Origin: Mesotaenium endlicherianum
Lineage: Eukaryota
Reading direction: 5' to 3'
Length of the DNA stretch: 64,000 bases
NCBI GenBank assembly: GCA_009602735.1
Contig: WELA01001229.1
Coordinates: 10,853 to 74,852 of the forward strand
Shown: positions 52,529 through 64,000 of the stretch, one piece after another
Numbering within the stretch: the stretch's first letter is position 1
How the letters are laid out: each line of letters opens with the position of its first letter
Made by a program: the position numbers and the translations under genes
The notes under the pieces: generated by a model
What the model was told of the DNA's origin: nothing
Seen by the model: only the letters and a program-made list of their open reading frames with translations
Database searches by the model: none

Positions 52529-53707
52529 CTTCTTGTGCTACCAAAGTGCCTAGCTCCGATACCACTGTAGTGAAACAGATAGATAAAGTACTTAGTAAAA
52601 CAGAATACTTTATCTATTCAAGACAAGGATCTTTGAACACAAGTGGTAGCTTCTTGAAAGAGAGATGGCTTCTTGAAAGTTAATATATTTCTGGATTTTG
52701 GCAAGTACAAGAGTGATTCTGGAATGTCTTTCTATGTTCTAGCTCTTGTTTATATACTTGCTACATAAGTAATTTCTAGGAAGGTGTATGTTGATGTGTT
52801 GGCACCCAACACATCCCAAAACTTGCCACCTCTTTCTAGAATAATGTACACATGTCCTTTTGACCTAAAAATGGCACATCTGACTTTTGCCACATGGAGT
52901 TCTTCTAGGTCTTTCCTCTAACTTCGAAAATGCCTTGGAAGGTTCAAAGGACATGAACCAAGTTACTAGAGTACCTATTCACACTTGACTCCACACCATA
53001 CTACTTCAAATATATTTGAAAACATTAAAATATATGCAAACTAATGTATAATAACTCAAATCACTACACAAGAGCAGCAGGCTGAAGTCAATTTGGTCAG
53101 CCTGTTGACTTGGATCAGCTTGCTGACACATTCTTTGACAGTCAGCTGGCTGCCATACTCGGCAGCAGCGAACTGCCTAGCTATGCATCTAAGTGTGGTG
53201 TGCTAGATAAGTGGCTTGATGACACCCTTAAGGTGGATGGCGATTCGGGATGATGGGAGATGACTGTGGATTTGGTTAGCCGAGGTCCTACCAACGTGGT
53301 TAATTCCCGGGTAGGCGGTGCCATCGCACTGGCCGTTGAACAATAAACTCATTTCATGTACATATGCTAGGTATTGCTCTCGAGTTCGGCATTCAAAAAC
53401 GAGGCCAACTCTCTTGTACTGCTTACTGAGAGAAATCTGAATCCAAGGCGAGAAGCCATTGATACGCACTGTCTTCTAGCCTTGCTTAAATATGAGTTTA
53501 CTGATTGCATTATTGATGCTTGTTTACTTGCATTTGACTTACGAGTATTGTTTGCTGCTAGCGTGTTATCTATTGCTGTTTAATCAATTTTACAGAAAGA
53601 ACCACAAAGATTACTCGTTGATATAAAGATCTTTATTAACTGTAAATCGCCCATTGGTAAGTCAAATCATTTCGGTGGTATCGGAGCAGTTATCACAGTA
53701 GTCGTGT

Positions 53708-55159
53708 ATGGTAAGGACTAAGTCTCACACTAGCAACTCTCGAGAAATGGAGGGCGAGGACAATAATAACATTGTAGAAGGGCAGGACGAAAGTCGCATC
53801 TTTGGACCTCGTACCTACTTGGAAACGCTGCACGACGCAAGAGCTAGAGAAGCTGCTGAGCAGGCAGCAGCTCTTATTGCAGTAGCAGCCCAAATGGCTG
53901 AGGATGAGCGTTTAGCCCAAAAGGTAAAGGAGGCAGTAAAGAGGAGGGCCCCTGATGAAAGGACGGTGGAAGAGCAGACGGCAGAAAGGGCCAATCTCCA
54001 AAACCAACCTCGTGTTGTGCCTATTGTCATACCTTTCCCTCAAATTTGCAGACAGTTGAGCGCATCAGGCATAGCCGGAGCGGCAGCGATTGGGAATGCC
54101 GAAGCTGCTACTAATCAAGCTAATGTTACTGCTGCTGCGTTTGCTGGGCTACCACCTCAGACTGTAAATCTGGGAATCTTATTTGTTCAGATGCAATGGC
54201 AAATGACGAGCATGTATCAGTCCCAACAGGAGAACAAAAGGATCATGATGGCATTGCTGCGTGACAGAGACCAACTGGGTTCTCAAATCACTCGTAGTGG
54301 TGGCAGCGGGCCTAGTAAGCCTAAGCCAAAACCTCCCCAAGACTACGATCCTGAGAGAAACAAGAAGTATTACCTGATCAAGTTTCTCGCTGATGTTATG
54401 CAGTGGCTGGAGAACTACCCAAAACTGCAAGATTACAAGAAAGTCAGGCACACTGGTGCTCTATTGAAAGGCAGTGCAGCAAACTGGTGGCTGTATTGGA
54501 AAGGAGAGCGTAAGGCTCCACAACTCGGTGAGCCCACTTGGGTAGAGTTTGTCGAGAAGCTGCACGAGAAGTTTGATGTTATCAATCAACAGGAGAAAGC
54601 TATCTATGCAATGATCTCCTTGACACTGGAGCAGACCACTTCAGTTGCTGAGTTTGCTCAAAAGTTCCAAGAGAACATGATGAAGCAACCAAAGTTGCCA
54701 GAGAAGTATAGGATAGCATACTTCAGGTATGGCTTGGAATCCGAAGTCTCAGGTCATTTTGCTGAAGTGAAGTATGAGCAACTGGCTGACTTGATCCAGG
54801 ATGCTGATGCCTGGGATCAGCAGCAATTCAATCACAAGCGCCAGAGTAATGCTTTGGTGTCTAAGGTTGTCAAAAAGCCCCACGGTTCCTACAATGCAAT
54901 TGAAGGAGACCAGGCTAAGGATGATCAGGGTGATGAATATGGGTATGAGTACAATGCTATGCAGTCCAGAGGGAGAGGTGGTTACTCTCGAGGCGGCTAT
55001 GGAAGAGGTGGTGATACGATTAAGCCGGGACCAGCCTCAGCAAACTTGATTTGCTTCCATTGCCAGCAGACTGGTCACTTCAGAGAGCAGTGTCCAGACA
55101 AGCACCTCCCAAAGGTCAAGAGAAAAAACCAACCTCTAAAAGGCAGCAACTGTCAGTAA
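53708..55159 (+). CDS. gag: Element D gag (open 483-aa ORF)
   Basis: Retrotransposon gag core LLKGSAANWW and knuckle CFHCQQTGHFREQC. Confidence 0.9.
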   Translation: MVRTKSHTSNSREMEGEDNNNIVEGQDESRIFGPRTYLETLHDARAREAAEQAAALIAVAAQMAEDERLAQKVKEAVKRRAPDERTVEEQTAERANLQNQPRVVPIVIPFPQICRQLSASGIAGAAAIGNAEAATNQANVTAAAFAGLPPQTVNLGILFVQMQWQMTSMYQSQQENKRIMMALLRDRDQLGSQITRSGGSGPSKPKPKPPQDYDPERNKKYYLIKFLADVMQWLENYPKLQDYKKVRHTGALLKGSAANWWLYWKGERKAPQLGEPTWVEFVEKLHEKFDVINQQEKAIYAMISLTLEQTTSVAEFAQKFQENMMKQPKLPEKYRIAYFRYGLESEVSGHFAEVKYEQLADLIQDADAWDQQQFNHKRQSNALVSKVVKKPHGSYNAIEGDQAKDDQGDEYGYEYNAMQSRGRGGYSRGGYGRGGDTIKPGPASANLICFHCQQTGHFREQCPDKHLPKVKRKNQPLKGSNCQ

Positions 55160-58100
55160 TCCAGTCTACTGACTGTGAGGATGCTAGACATAGTGAGTCG
55201 TCACTAGCTGCCCTCGTAGCAGGTATTATGGGTCCTGCTGAACTGGATTCACTATGCATGCCTGACAACTAGATAAAGGAGACCATCAGCAATATAGATC
55301 TCCAGAGAGTGCACACTCTGGATGATCTTGTTCCACCTGGTGTCCAACATTTCTTTGCTAAGTCAGGAGAACAATGCGAAAGTCAGGAAAAGACAGTCCC
55401 CCCTATCCTACTGCATTGCATGATTGCAGGTAGGAAGGTGAGGGCATTTGTTGACGGAGGGGCGTCACATACTTTTATCCATAAGGACTTAGTTAAGCGA
55501 CTAAGGCTGCCTACTGTCACCCAAGGGAATAGAAAAATATTCCTTGGAGATGCCTCAAGTATCCCGGGAGGAATTATAACCAAGCCTATTAAGGTCCAGT
55601 TAGGTTCTGGCATTGCAGTTCTAACTGAAACGCTTATACTTGAAGTACTCAACACTGGCTTCTATGATCTTGTGCTAGGCAGGTCCTGGCTTGATAGACA
55701 TCATCAAGCTGAAGTGTGTTGGAGCAGAGGTACAGTTAAAGTGAGAGGAGCCAGTGATGGGCAGACTAACTTGGCACCCACCAGTGCTCTTCCTCTTGTC
55801 CTGTATGGATGGCAAATGAAGGAAAAGGAGAGGCTTCCAGGAGGATACAAATTGTTGAATGCAATGGAGTTCATCGAAAATTGGAACCAGAAGGAAGACA
55901 GAATGTTCTGTTTGCTGCTAAGAGAGGTACCTCCTCAACCTAAAGAAGTGGTTGAGGAAAAGGTAAGCCCTCCAGAGCACCCTACTGCTGCAAAAATTGT
56001 TGCTCAGTTAACTGATGTTTTCAATATGCCTCCAGGACTACCCCCTAAGAGGGAAGTGGATCACAGGATTGACTTATTACCTGGGAGTCAGGCACCCTGG
56101 CAACGCACTTATGCCTTGTCTTATGTGGAGAGCGAAGAGTTGAAAACACAAAATGCAGAGCTTGAGGAAAATGGTTACATTTCCCCCAGTAAATCACCTT
56201 GTGGCGCACCCATCCTCTTTGTTAACACTAGGTCTCCCAAGGAAAAGACCATATATGGTCCAATAATGCACCCTCGAAGTCACACTATATTGAAATAACC
56301 ACTGAAGCTATGACTATGTGCGATAGACCGTTAGAGAGCTTACATCACAAAGTATTGCACTGGCCATGTGGCCCGCAATTTTCGGAAAGGTTAGGTGTAC
56401 TTTCCGTACAAGGTGTGTACGGTAACAAAAAACGAGCAAATAGGGCCAACTTTACCTTCACACACTATGAATTTGGATTTGAACCAGTAGTTGTTGATTT
56501 AATCTGGGGTAGGCATGTGCCTTACCTATCATATGAAACAGATTTCACTTCATTCTAATCAGTGGCTTTGTGGAGGCACACTCTGTACTTAGTGGACCAT
56601 ATGGGTCCGGGTATTTTTTGTACTTTTTAGTGCCTCATGCACCAAAGCATCACAGTTAATAATTCATAATTTATTCCTTACACATGCAAATAGTAATTTG
56701 TAAAGTGGAGCTTGAAAGTAAAGTCTTACTTTACTTACAAAAAAATATTCATATACAAAATAATGAATTAAAATGATTAAAAATGAATTATTAGTTGCAA
56801 AACATCGCAGAATCGACATCTTTGCACACATGAAGCTGAACTGTTTATGGAGCACAATGTCTTTCATATATGTTTCTGTTGCAATTCCTTTGCTCTATAG
56901 TCCTACTTCTTACTGCTACTCAGCTTGTAGGGGCCACTATCTACATGTGCTATGTGCCTGTTGGTATGGTACTCCTCAAAGCAAGGCGCGGGGCAAAGCG
57001 CTACTCCACACGTTGCGCACCAATAGCTAGGCCTCACCTTACTCTTCTCATAGCCTAGGTCATACAACTTGCTCCTGCACACTACACATCCTGGTTTAGA
57101 GCCTTCTGGAAGGTGCTCAGGGAAGTGTCTCCCTGAGAACCTGTCAATCCCAGCCCGCCCCGCACTCCAGCGAAAGCGCCTCCCCTTATGTGGATCATGG
57201 AAGTCTGTCATCTCCGCTACAACATCTAACATGAAGGGATACCTGTCACTCTCAGGATGGGCCAGGTTGTAGAGGATGTAGGCATCGGCTAGGGCAGCAT
57301 CAAATAGACCTCAATGTAGTTTGTGCCACCACTTTAAGCTCACAGCAGAAGTCTCGACAAAGAACTTATCTCTCACACAGAGCTTGTAAAATTGATCAAC
57401 AGCGTCTTTGTGTGTTTTGTAGTGCACCACAATGTTTGGAGTAGTTATGGTTAAGGAGAAATTATGGTTATGGAGCAGTTGCCCTTCTCCTCCTCTCCCT
57501 TTTCTCATTTTTAACTGTAGGAACAATGAGCATCAGCTGCTTACCTCTTCCGGTGTCAGGCCTGCCCCTCTTCCTCATAATATCCTCCTCCTCCTCCTCC
57601 TCCTCCTCCTCTTCTTCCTCCTCCTCCTTATCCTCCTCACCATCACTAGACCTTGGCTGTGAGTCATCATTTGGATCTTAGGAGGACGAAATTAGACTGT
57701 GACCCTCATTCTCCCTCGAATTTGAAAGCAAGGAGGCCCCTGAGGAAACCAAGCCAAAACGAACTACACGCGGCTCGAAATAAAACCTGGACTCTTCAGG
57801 CACTGTAGATAGGTACTGCCTGACCTGCCATGCCTCCCAGTGCTTCTTTTCTTTTTCATACAACACTTCTATGGAGTTCTCCTTTTAAGTCCTCACAACC
57901 TCTTTTCTCACAATTCCGACTAAGAAAAACTCTATGTAATACTGTCCAAATGTCTTTTTCGCCCATGCATCTCCCCAGAAGGTGGCAGGGATGAGTAATT
58001 TACCACCCACAACTATTTTTGGCGCATTTGAAGAAGAAGCCATGGCTCTAAGAGCTTTTCAGTGACCTCGAGTATGACGGACTTTTCACTTGAGATTTCG

Positions 58101-61046
58101 TTGTGAACCTGAACTTTGAACCTCCTTCTTTTGACTCTATGTCGTTAATGATCGGAAGACCATTTTGCATTTTTTCGCCTAAGGTTCAAGTATGTACGGT
58201 TCGTTTGAGCCATAGATTGTACCAGTTGGTCAATTGTAGCACCCTGGAGGTCAGCGCTGAAAAATGGAGGTTAGCTAGACCATATATGGTCCGAGGACCA
58301 TATATGGTCCGATAAGATACCTAGTGTTAAGAAAAAGAATGGGAGTATGCGGATGTGTGTTGATTACAGAGCTCTTAACAGAATTACAGTAAAGAACAAG
58401 TATGCTTTACAAGGACTTGCTTGATACCCTGTCTGGTGCTAAAGTGTTCAGTAAGATAGATCTCAAGAGTGGTTATCATCTAATCAAAATTGCTGAGGGG
58501 GATGGACACAAGATTGCCTTTCGCACACGTTATGGACACTATGAGTTCCACGTGATGCCATTTGGACTGACTAATGCTCCTGCGACCTTCATGGGGTGCT
58601 ATGAATGACATTTTCAGACCTTACTTGGATAAGTTTGTGCAAGTCTTCCTGGATGATATTTTAATTTTCTCTAAGGATGAACCTCAGCATGCTGAACACT
58701 TAAAGACAGTCATGGACACTCTGAGAAGGAACCAGTTGTGTGCTAAAATGAGCAAGTGTGATTTCTTCAAAGAAAGTATTAGATTTCTAGGCCATGTTGC
58801 CAGCAAAGAGGGCATCAGTTCGGATCCTAAGAAGGTCCAGACCATAAGGGACTGGCTTATACCACAATCCGTCTTTGAAGTTAGATCCTTCCTTGGATTG
58901 GCTAACTACTATAGGAGATTTATTGAGAATTATTCTACAAAGGCCAGTAAACTAACTGACCTTACCAAGAAAGACATAGGGTATGTGTGGGGGGAAGACT
59001 AGCAGGCTGCCTTCCAGACTCTTAAAAATGCTCTTTGTTCTGCCCCAGTGCTAGTCGTGTATGAACCAAGCAAACCTGTGCAGGTGGTTACTGATGCCTC
59101 TGACTTTGCCATGGGTGCTATTTTGTTGCAGCCTGCTGACAAAACCACAAAGGATGGTAAGGTAAAGCAGGCGTGGCATCCTGTGTTGTATGAGTCTATG
59201 AAATTCAATCCAAGTGAGATAAATTACTCTGTGCATGATAAAGAGCTGCTAGCAATCATTCATGTGCTCAAATAGTGGAGAGCATACTTACATGGTAGAG
59301 CTTTTAAGGTGATTTCAAATCATCAGCTCTGACTCACTTTGAGAAGAAGTCCAAGCTGTCGAGGAGGGAGAACCGCTGGAGCCAAATGCTGGAGCAGTTT
59401 CAAGTCCAGATTGACTACAAACCAGGGAAGTTGAATCCTGCTGATGCACTCTCTAGAAGACCTCACTTGTAAAAAAGGAACTTTAGTCAGCATGCTCTAA
59501 ATAAAGTCCTTTGTGCACTCACTTCACTAAAGGTGAAAAAGTCCTTCCTTGAACAACTTATGAAAGCCTACCTTTTTGACCCAATATTTGAGCCCAGCCC
59601 CACTGACGCGGTGTGTCCTGCTACTGCACTCGGGTATAAGCTTCAGGGAGGGGTCTGGGTGACTGGAACCACTTCAGGCAGGCTGAAGCTGGTCGTTGCT
59701 AATAACGTGGAAATAAGGTCCCTTTTACTGAGTCAAGCACATGACAGTTTACTGGGTGGGCATTTGGGGCAAGCCAAAACTGTTGGCAAACTGGCAAACC
59801 ATTATCATTTGGAGGGATTACCTCGGGAGGTCTTGAAATACGTTAAGTCCTGTGACCAGTGTTAGAAGAATAAGTCGAGGCACACACCACCGGGGGGCCT
59901 CTTACAACCGCTGCCCATCCCAGCTGGCCGCTGGGAAACAATATCCATGGACTGGGTACTAACACTACCAAGAATTGCCAATGGGCATGATTCAATACTG
60001 GTAGTAGTGGATAAATTGACAAAAACGGTCATCTTCATCCCCACAACTGTCAAAGTAACTGCACTCAAAACAGCGAGACATTTCTACAACCATGTAGTAT
60101 GCCATCATGGGCTACTCTAAAATATCATCTCAGACAGAGATTCAAAATTTACCTCCAAGTCCTGGAGAGCTTTAATGAGGTTAATACGAGTCAAGCAGCT
60201 GCTCAGCACAGCAAACCACCCTCAGACTGATGGGCGGACTGAAAGAACTAACCGAGTTCTGCAAGAGGTACTGAGAGCCTATATTGAACCAAAGAACAAG
60301 ATAATTGGGATGACCTGCTACCTCAAATCCAGTTTGCGGTCAACAGTGCGGTGCACACGTCAACGGGCAAGACTCCTATTGAACTGAGCCTGGGTAGAGT
60401 CCCTAAGTCTCCTTCAGATGTACTGTGGGAGTCTTCAACTCACTCTGAAGGGATTGACAATCCGGTCTCCCTCCAGTTAACACAGGTGTTTGCTGACACC
60501 CTGTCAGAAGTCCAACAGAACCTGCACAAAGCCCAGGCAAACCAACAAAAATACGCTAATCAGCACTGTCGAGAACTGATATTTTCTAAGGGCAATTTGG
60601 TCAAACTGCATTCTCAGCACCTGTACGTGCTTGGTGTGGTCAAGAAAAAGCTTAGTACTGTCTGGGTCGGTCCATATTTGGTGGTGCGTTGTGTCGATCA
60701 AAATGCTTACAAACTGAACATGTCAGCAGAATATTAGGGTCACCCGGTCTTTAATGTCTCCTTCCTGGAACCATACATCAAAGGTGACACACTGTTCACC
60801 GGTCGGTTACCTGTCCAACCGGGTGCGGTCCCCGCTGTCCGAGATGGTGACCCTGAGGAATATGAGGTGGAGGAGATTTTAGACGCTCGCTCTGTCCGTC
60901 GATCATCTAAATATGTCATGAAGTACCTGGTCAGATGGAAGGGTTACAACGCCTCTGGGGACACTTGGAAATTTAAGGACCAGCTGACCAATGCCAAAGG
61001 GGCGTTGAAACGGTTCCACCTTCGGGCGGCTGGCACCCCTCCCTAA
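55160..61046 (+). pseudogene. pol: Element D pol (PR-RT-RH-IN-chromodomain), split by a piggyBac-like insertion
   Basis: Same motifs as B. The RT motif [19 protein letters not shown] is split at 56225/58327. Confidence 0.92.
56226..58326 (-). mobile_element. piggyBac-like DNA transposon, internally deleted and non-autonomous
   Basis: TTAA on both sides (56222-56225, 58327-58330), TIR CACTAGGT...ACCTAGTG, subterminal palindromes GACCATATATGGTC (1 left, 2 right). Transposase C-terminal remnants DAVDQF..KWWHKL and Cys-rich CVVC..WCATCGVALCPAPCFEEYH. Excision restores D's RT frame. Confidence 0.92.
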
Positions 61047-61632
61047 CTGTCATTTCAGTGGCCATGGACTGGTGACAGGAGGTCCTGTCTCCGTATAAGT
61101 CGGAGGGGAATGTGACAGTTAGTGACAGATAGTGACAGTTGGGACAGGCAGCCCACCTTTAAAATTAAGTTGGAGGGAGTGTGTTCCGTTTCGCCCATAC
61201 TCACTTTTTCTCTTTAACTCAATTCTCTCTTATACTCACTCACACACTCACACAAGATATTACACACTAGGAACTCTCCCTATCACGTTCTTCTTAACCA
61301 CGGGCACTCAGTAGCGGCAGAGTATCATGACTTCACTGACTGCATTGTGTTTAAGATTGAGCAGGATGACTCAGAAGTCGGAACTTAAGAGAAAGAGAAG
61401 AGCGGAAGAGGCACATGCAGAATACTTGCAATTCCGTGGCGACATCGAATCATCCTCCATCTCCGCTCGGGAATCACAACGACTCCAACAACAGCGAGAG
61501 GCACAGAAGAAGAAGGAGGAGGAGGAGCAAGCCAAGCTGAGGCAGGAAGAACTGGACAGAAAAGCTGCAGAGGAGGCCAAGAAGGCGGAAGAGGAGAGGC
61601 AAGCCGAGGAGAGGCGGAAGCAGCAGGCTGAA

Positions 61633-64000
61633 TGTGGTGAAACAGATAGATAAAGTACTTAGTAAAACAAAATACTTTATCTATTCAAGACAAGGATCTT
61701 TGAACACAAGTGATAGCTTCTTCAAAGAGAGATGGCTTCTTGAAAGTTAATATATTTCTAGATTTTGGCAAGTACCAGAGTGATTCTGGAATGTCATTCT
61801 ATGATCTAGCTCTTGTTTATATACTTGCTACATAAGTAAGTTCTAGAAAAGTGTATGTTGATGTGTTGGCACCCAACACATCCCAAAACTTGCCACCTCT
61901 TTCTAGAATAATGTACACATGTCCTTTTGACCTAAAAATGGCACATTTGACTTTTGCCACATGGAGTTCTTCTAGGTCTTTCCTCTAACTTCGAAAATGC
62001 CTTGGAAGGTTCAAAGGACATGAACCAAGTTACTAGAGTACCTATTCACACTTGACTCCACACAATACTACTCCAAATATATTTGAAAACATTAAAATAT
62101 ATGCAAACTAATATATAATAACTCAAATCACTACATCACCCCCCCGATAGAAAAAGCGACGTCTCGGCGCGTCAAGTCAGGTCTTACACATGTGGAGCAA
62201 ACTAGTCAACAGTTTCAAGTCAGATGCCACACATGTGAAGAGGACTAGTCAAAGGCGCCAAGTCAGGTGCTACACATGTAAGGTAGACTAGGCAAGGTCG
62301 TAGGTGGTGTGACCTTATTGGCTAGCCTACTCCTTAATGATAAAGAAAATTGTACAAGTTGGCCCAGAATCTGCCACGAATTCAAAAATTCATAGCGGCC
62401 ACAGAACTGCTCCAAATCAAAAAATTCGAGTGCCAGACGGACCGCGTCGGAGAATTCTACCGTGTCACCAAATTTGAGAGCATTCTAATTTTTGGAGTGT
62501 CGTTGAGAGCTGAGAGAGTAGGCACTCCTCCAAATCTGTGCAGAAACTTCTGAAAAGCATAAACCCTTCTATGCATCTCCAAATGCTGCAAACTAAGTCT
62601 CAAACTGGGCGCTGTAAGATGTTTTACCAGAGTCTTGAGTTTCAGAGCATTCTAAGTTCAGGGGGGGGCACAATGTCAGAAGGCATATTCTGCCCTAAGA
62701 ATGCCAGCAGCCTGACCCCCTTCTACTTAGAGCATCATATCTCTCTCACCAGTGCTCCAAATTGAGCAAACTATGACCGGCTACTCATGGACTACAGCCA
62801 GGTAAATTTTCAGAATTAATTATGCAGAGACCTATCACCAGTAGCAGTTTTAGTTTTCTGTCCAGAAACTACGAGAAGAGAATAGTGTCTAATGTCAATT
62901 TTTCCTCTTTCTTGTTCTTGCAGGCTGCCTCCAAGGGGTCTTCTGCTGCTTCTTGATGGTGGCAGGCTGCCTCCCTGAAGTCTTCGGGCTTCTAGTAGAG
63001 AGACTTGGGGCTGGTCCAAGATGGGGGTTGGCGGCATGGAAGCGCTTCAACTTTCTCTGAACTTTGTCAAGGTAGTGCGCCGCCACCCAACTATTCTCCG
63101 AATCTGGATATCCTTTCCACTTGATCAAGTATTGCTGCTGTCTCCTGAAATTTCTCATAGCCACTATGTCTTCCACTTCGTACTCCAAATGATCATCCAC
63201 TATTGTTGGGGCTGGTGGGGTTGTCACACGTCCTGGGAACTTGTTGTCGGGTTGCACATATGGCTTGAAGAGGGAAGCGTGGAATACGGGGTCGATGTGC
63301 ATAGTCTGGGGAAGTTCTAGCTTGAAAGCAACGGGGTTGACTTGCTGGATAATCTTGAAGGGTCCCAAATACTTGGGAGAGAACTTGCTGCCGGCAGGCC
63401 TGTTGTTCAGGGAAATGTTCTTGGATGATAGTAACACGTTGTCACCCACTCTGTACGTAATTTCTCTTCTGGATCTGTTCGCCACTCTTGCTTGAGCATC
63501 TTGCGCGTGTTGTAGAGCTTTCTTCGCTGCTGTAAGGGCTGCTTCTAATGTCTCCATAAAATCTGTGGCTGCAGGTACTTCATCATGGCCAGCCGTGAAG
63601 CTCAGTGGCGTGGTCGGATGGAAGCCATAGTTGAGGAAGAATGGGGACTCTTGGGTAGAGGCCTGCGTAGTGTTGTTGTAGGCAAACTCGAGGGGGGTCA
63701 AGTACATGTCCCAGTCTTGCTCGAGGGTAGACACGTAGGCCTTTAGAGAGGTCTTTAGGGTACGATTCATACGCTCGGTTTGCCCATCTGATTGTGGGTG
63801 GTAGGCAGTAGACATATCCAGCGATGTACCCAAGTTCTTGAAGAGATTTTTCCAGAAATGGCTTGTGAATCTTGGATCTCTATCTGACACAATTCTTGAT
63901 GGTAGTCCATGGAGTCGGAAGATGTTGTCAAAGATGAGTCTTGCAAGTTGTGGTGCTGTAGCCTTAGTCGTCGTGGGAATAAAATGAGCCATCTTGGTAA
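61633..64000 (-). mobile_element. Element E: second C-family copy (3' LTR, 3' UTR, integrase/chromodomain), truncated by the window end
   Basis: LTR at 61633-62135 (503 bp). The 62895-63992 protein matches the C-terminus of C pol. Confidence 0.97.

Larger units (their letters stand above)
46389..53068 (-). mobile_element. Element C: intact, recent chromovirus inserted in D's 5' LTR
   Basis: 503-bp LTRs at 46389-46891 and 52566-53068 (about 4 differences by eye), TSD CAAGA, PBS TGGTATCGGAGC (52553-52564, minus strand), G-run PPT next to 46892, open gag and pol. Confidence 0.98.
46256..61632 (+). mobile_element. Element D: second B-family chromovirus, decayed pol, interrupted three times; 3' end outside the window
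   Basis: 5' LTR split into 46256-46388 and 53074-53674, homologous to B LTRs. PBS at 53676-53687. gag/pol collinear with B. Confidence 0.93.

Overview
Eukaryotic, intron-bearing, transposon-dense DNA, most plausibly from a streptophyte alga or early-diverging plant (inference). There are only two host genes, which converge: a membrane-anchored amidase-signature gene (+, 31351-36346) lacking both catalytic serines, and the mismatch-repair gene PMS1/PMS2 (-, 40668-45100, 11 exons). The rest is nested mobile DNA. (1) 1-9.6 kb is a decayed island with an intronless prokaryote-like C5 cytosine methyltransferase in frame with an unknown N-terminal domain, an inverted paralogue of that domain, and a 4x~190-bp tandem repeat. 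(2) Gypsy element A (9612-30672) carries a DNMT3-like cytosine methyltransferase between protease and RT, plus a PHD finger on the integrase; its ends look circularly permuted. (3) Chromovirus B (19209-28163, TSD GCTGC) is nested in A's integrase and has an extra 3' ORF. (4) Right of PMS1 is a nested stack: LTR element F contains B-family copy D, which holds an intact young chromovirus C (46389-53068, TSD CAAGA), a TTAA-flanked piggyBac-like element (56226-58326) and a second C copy (E) running off the window. Highlights are the methyltransferase+PHD retrotransposon, an unnamed 'P-x-x-F-[FW]-G-x-x-W-A' domain shared by the MTase island and the piggyBac, and the permuted insertion of A. All comparisons were made by eye.
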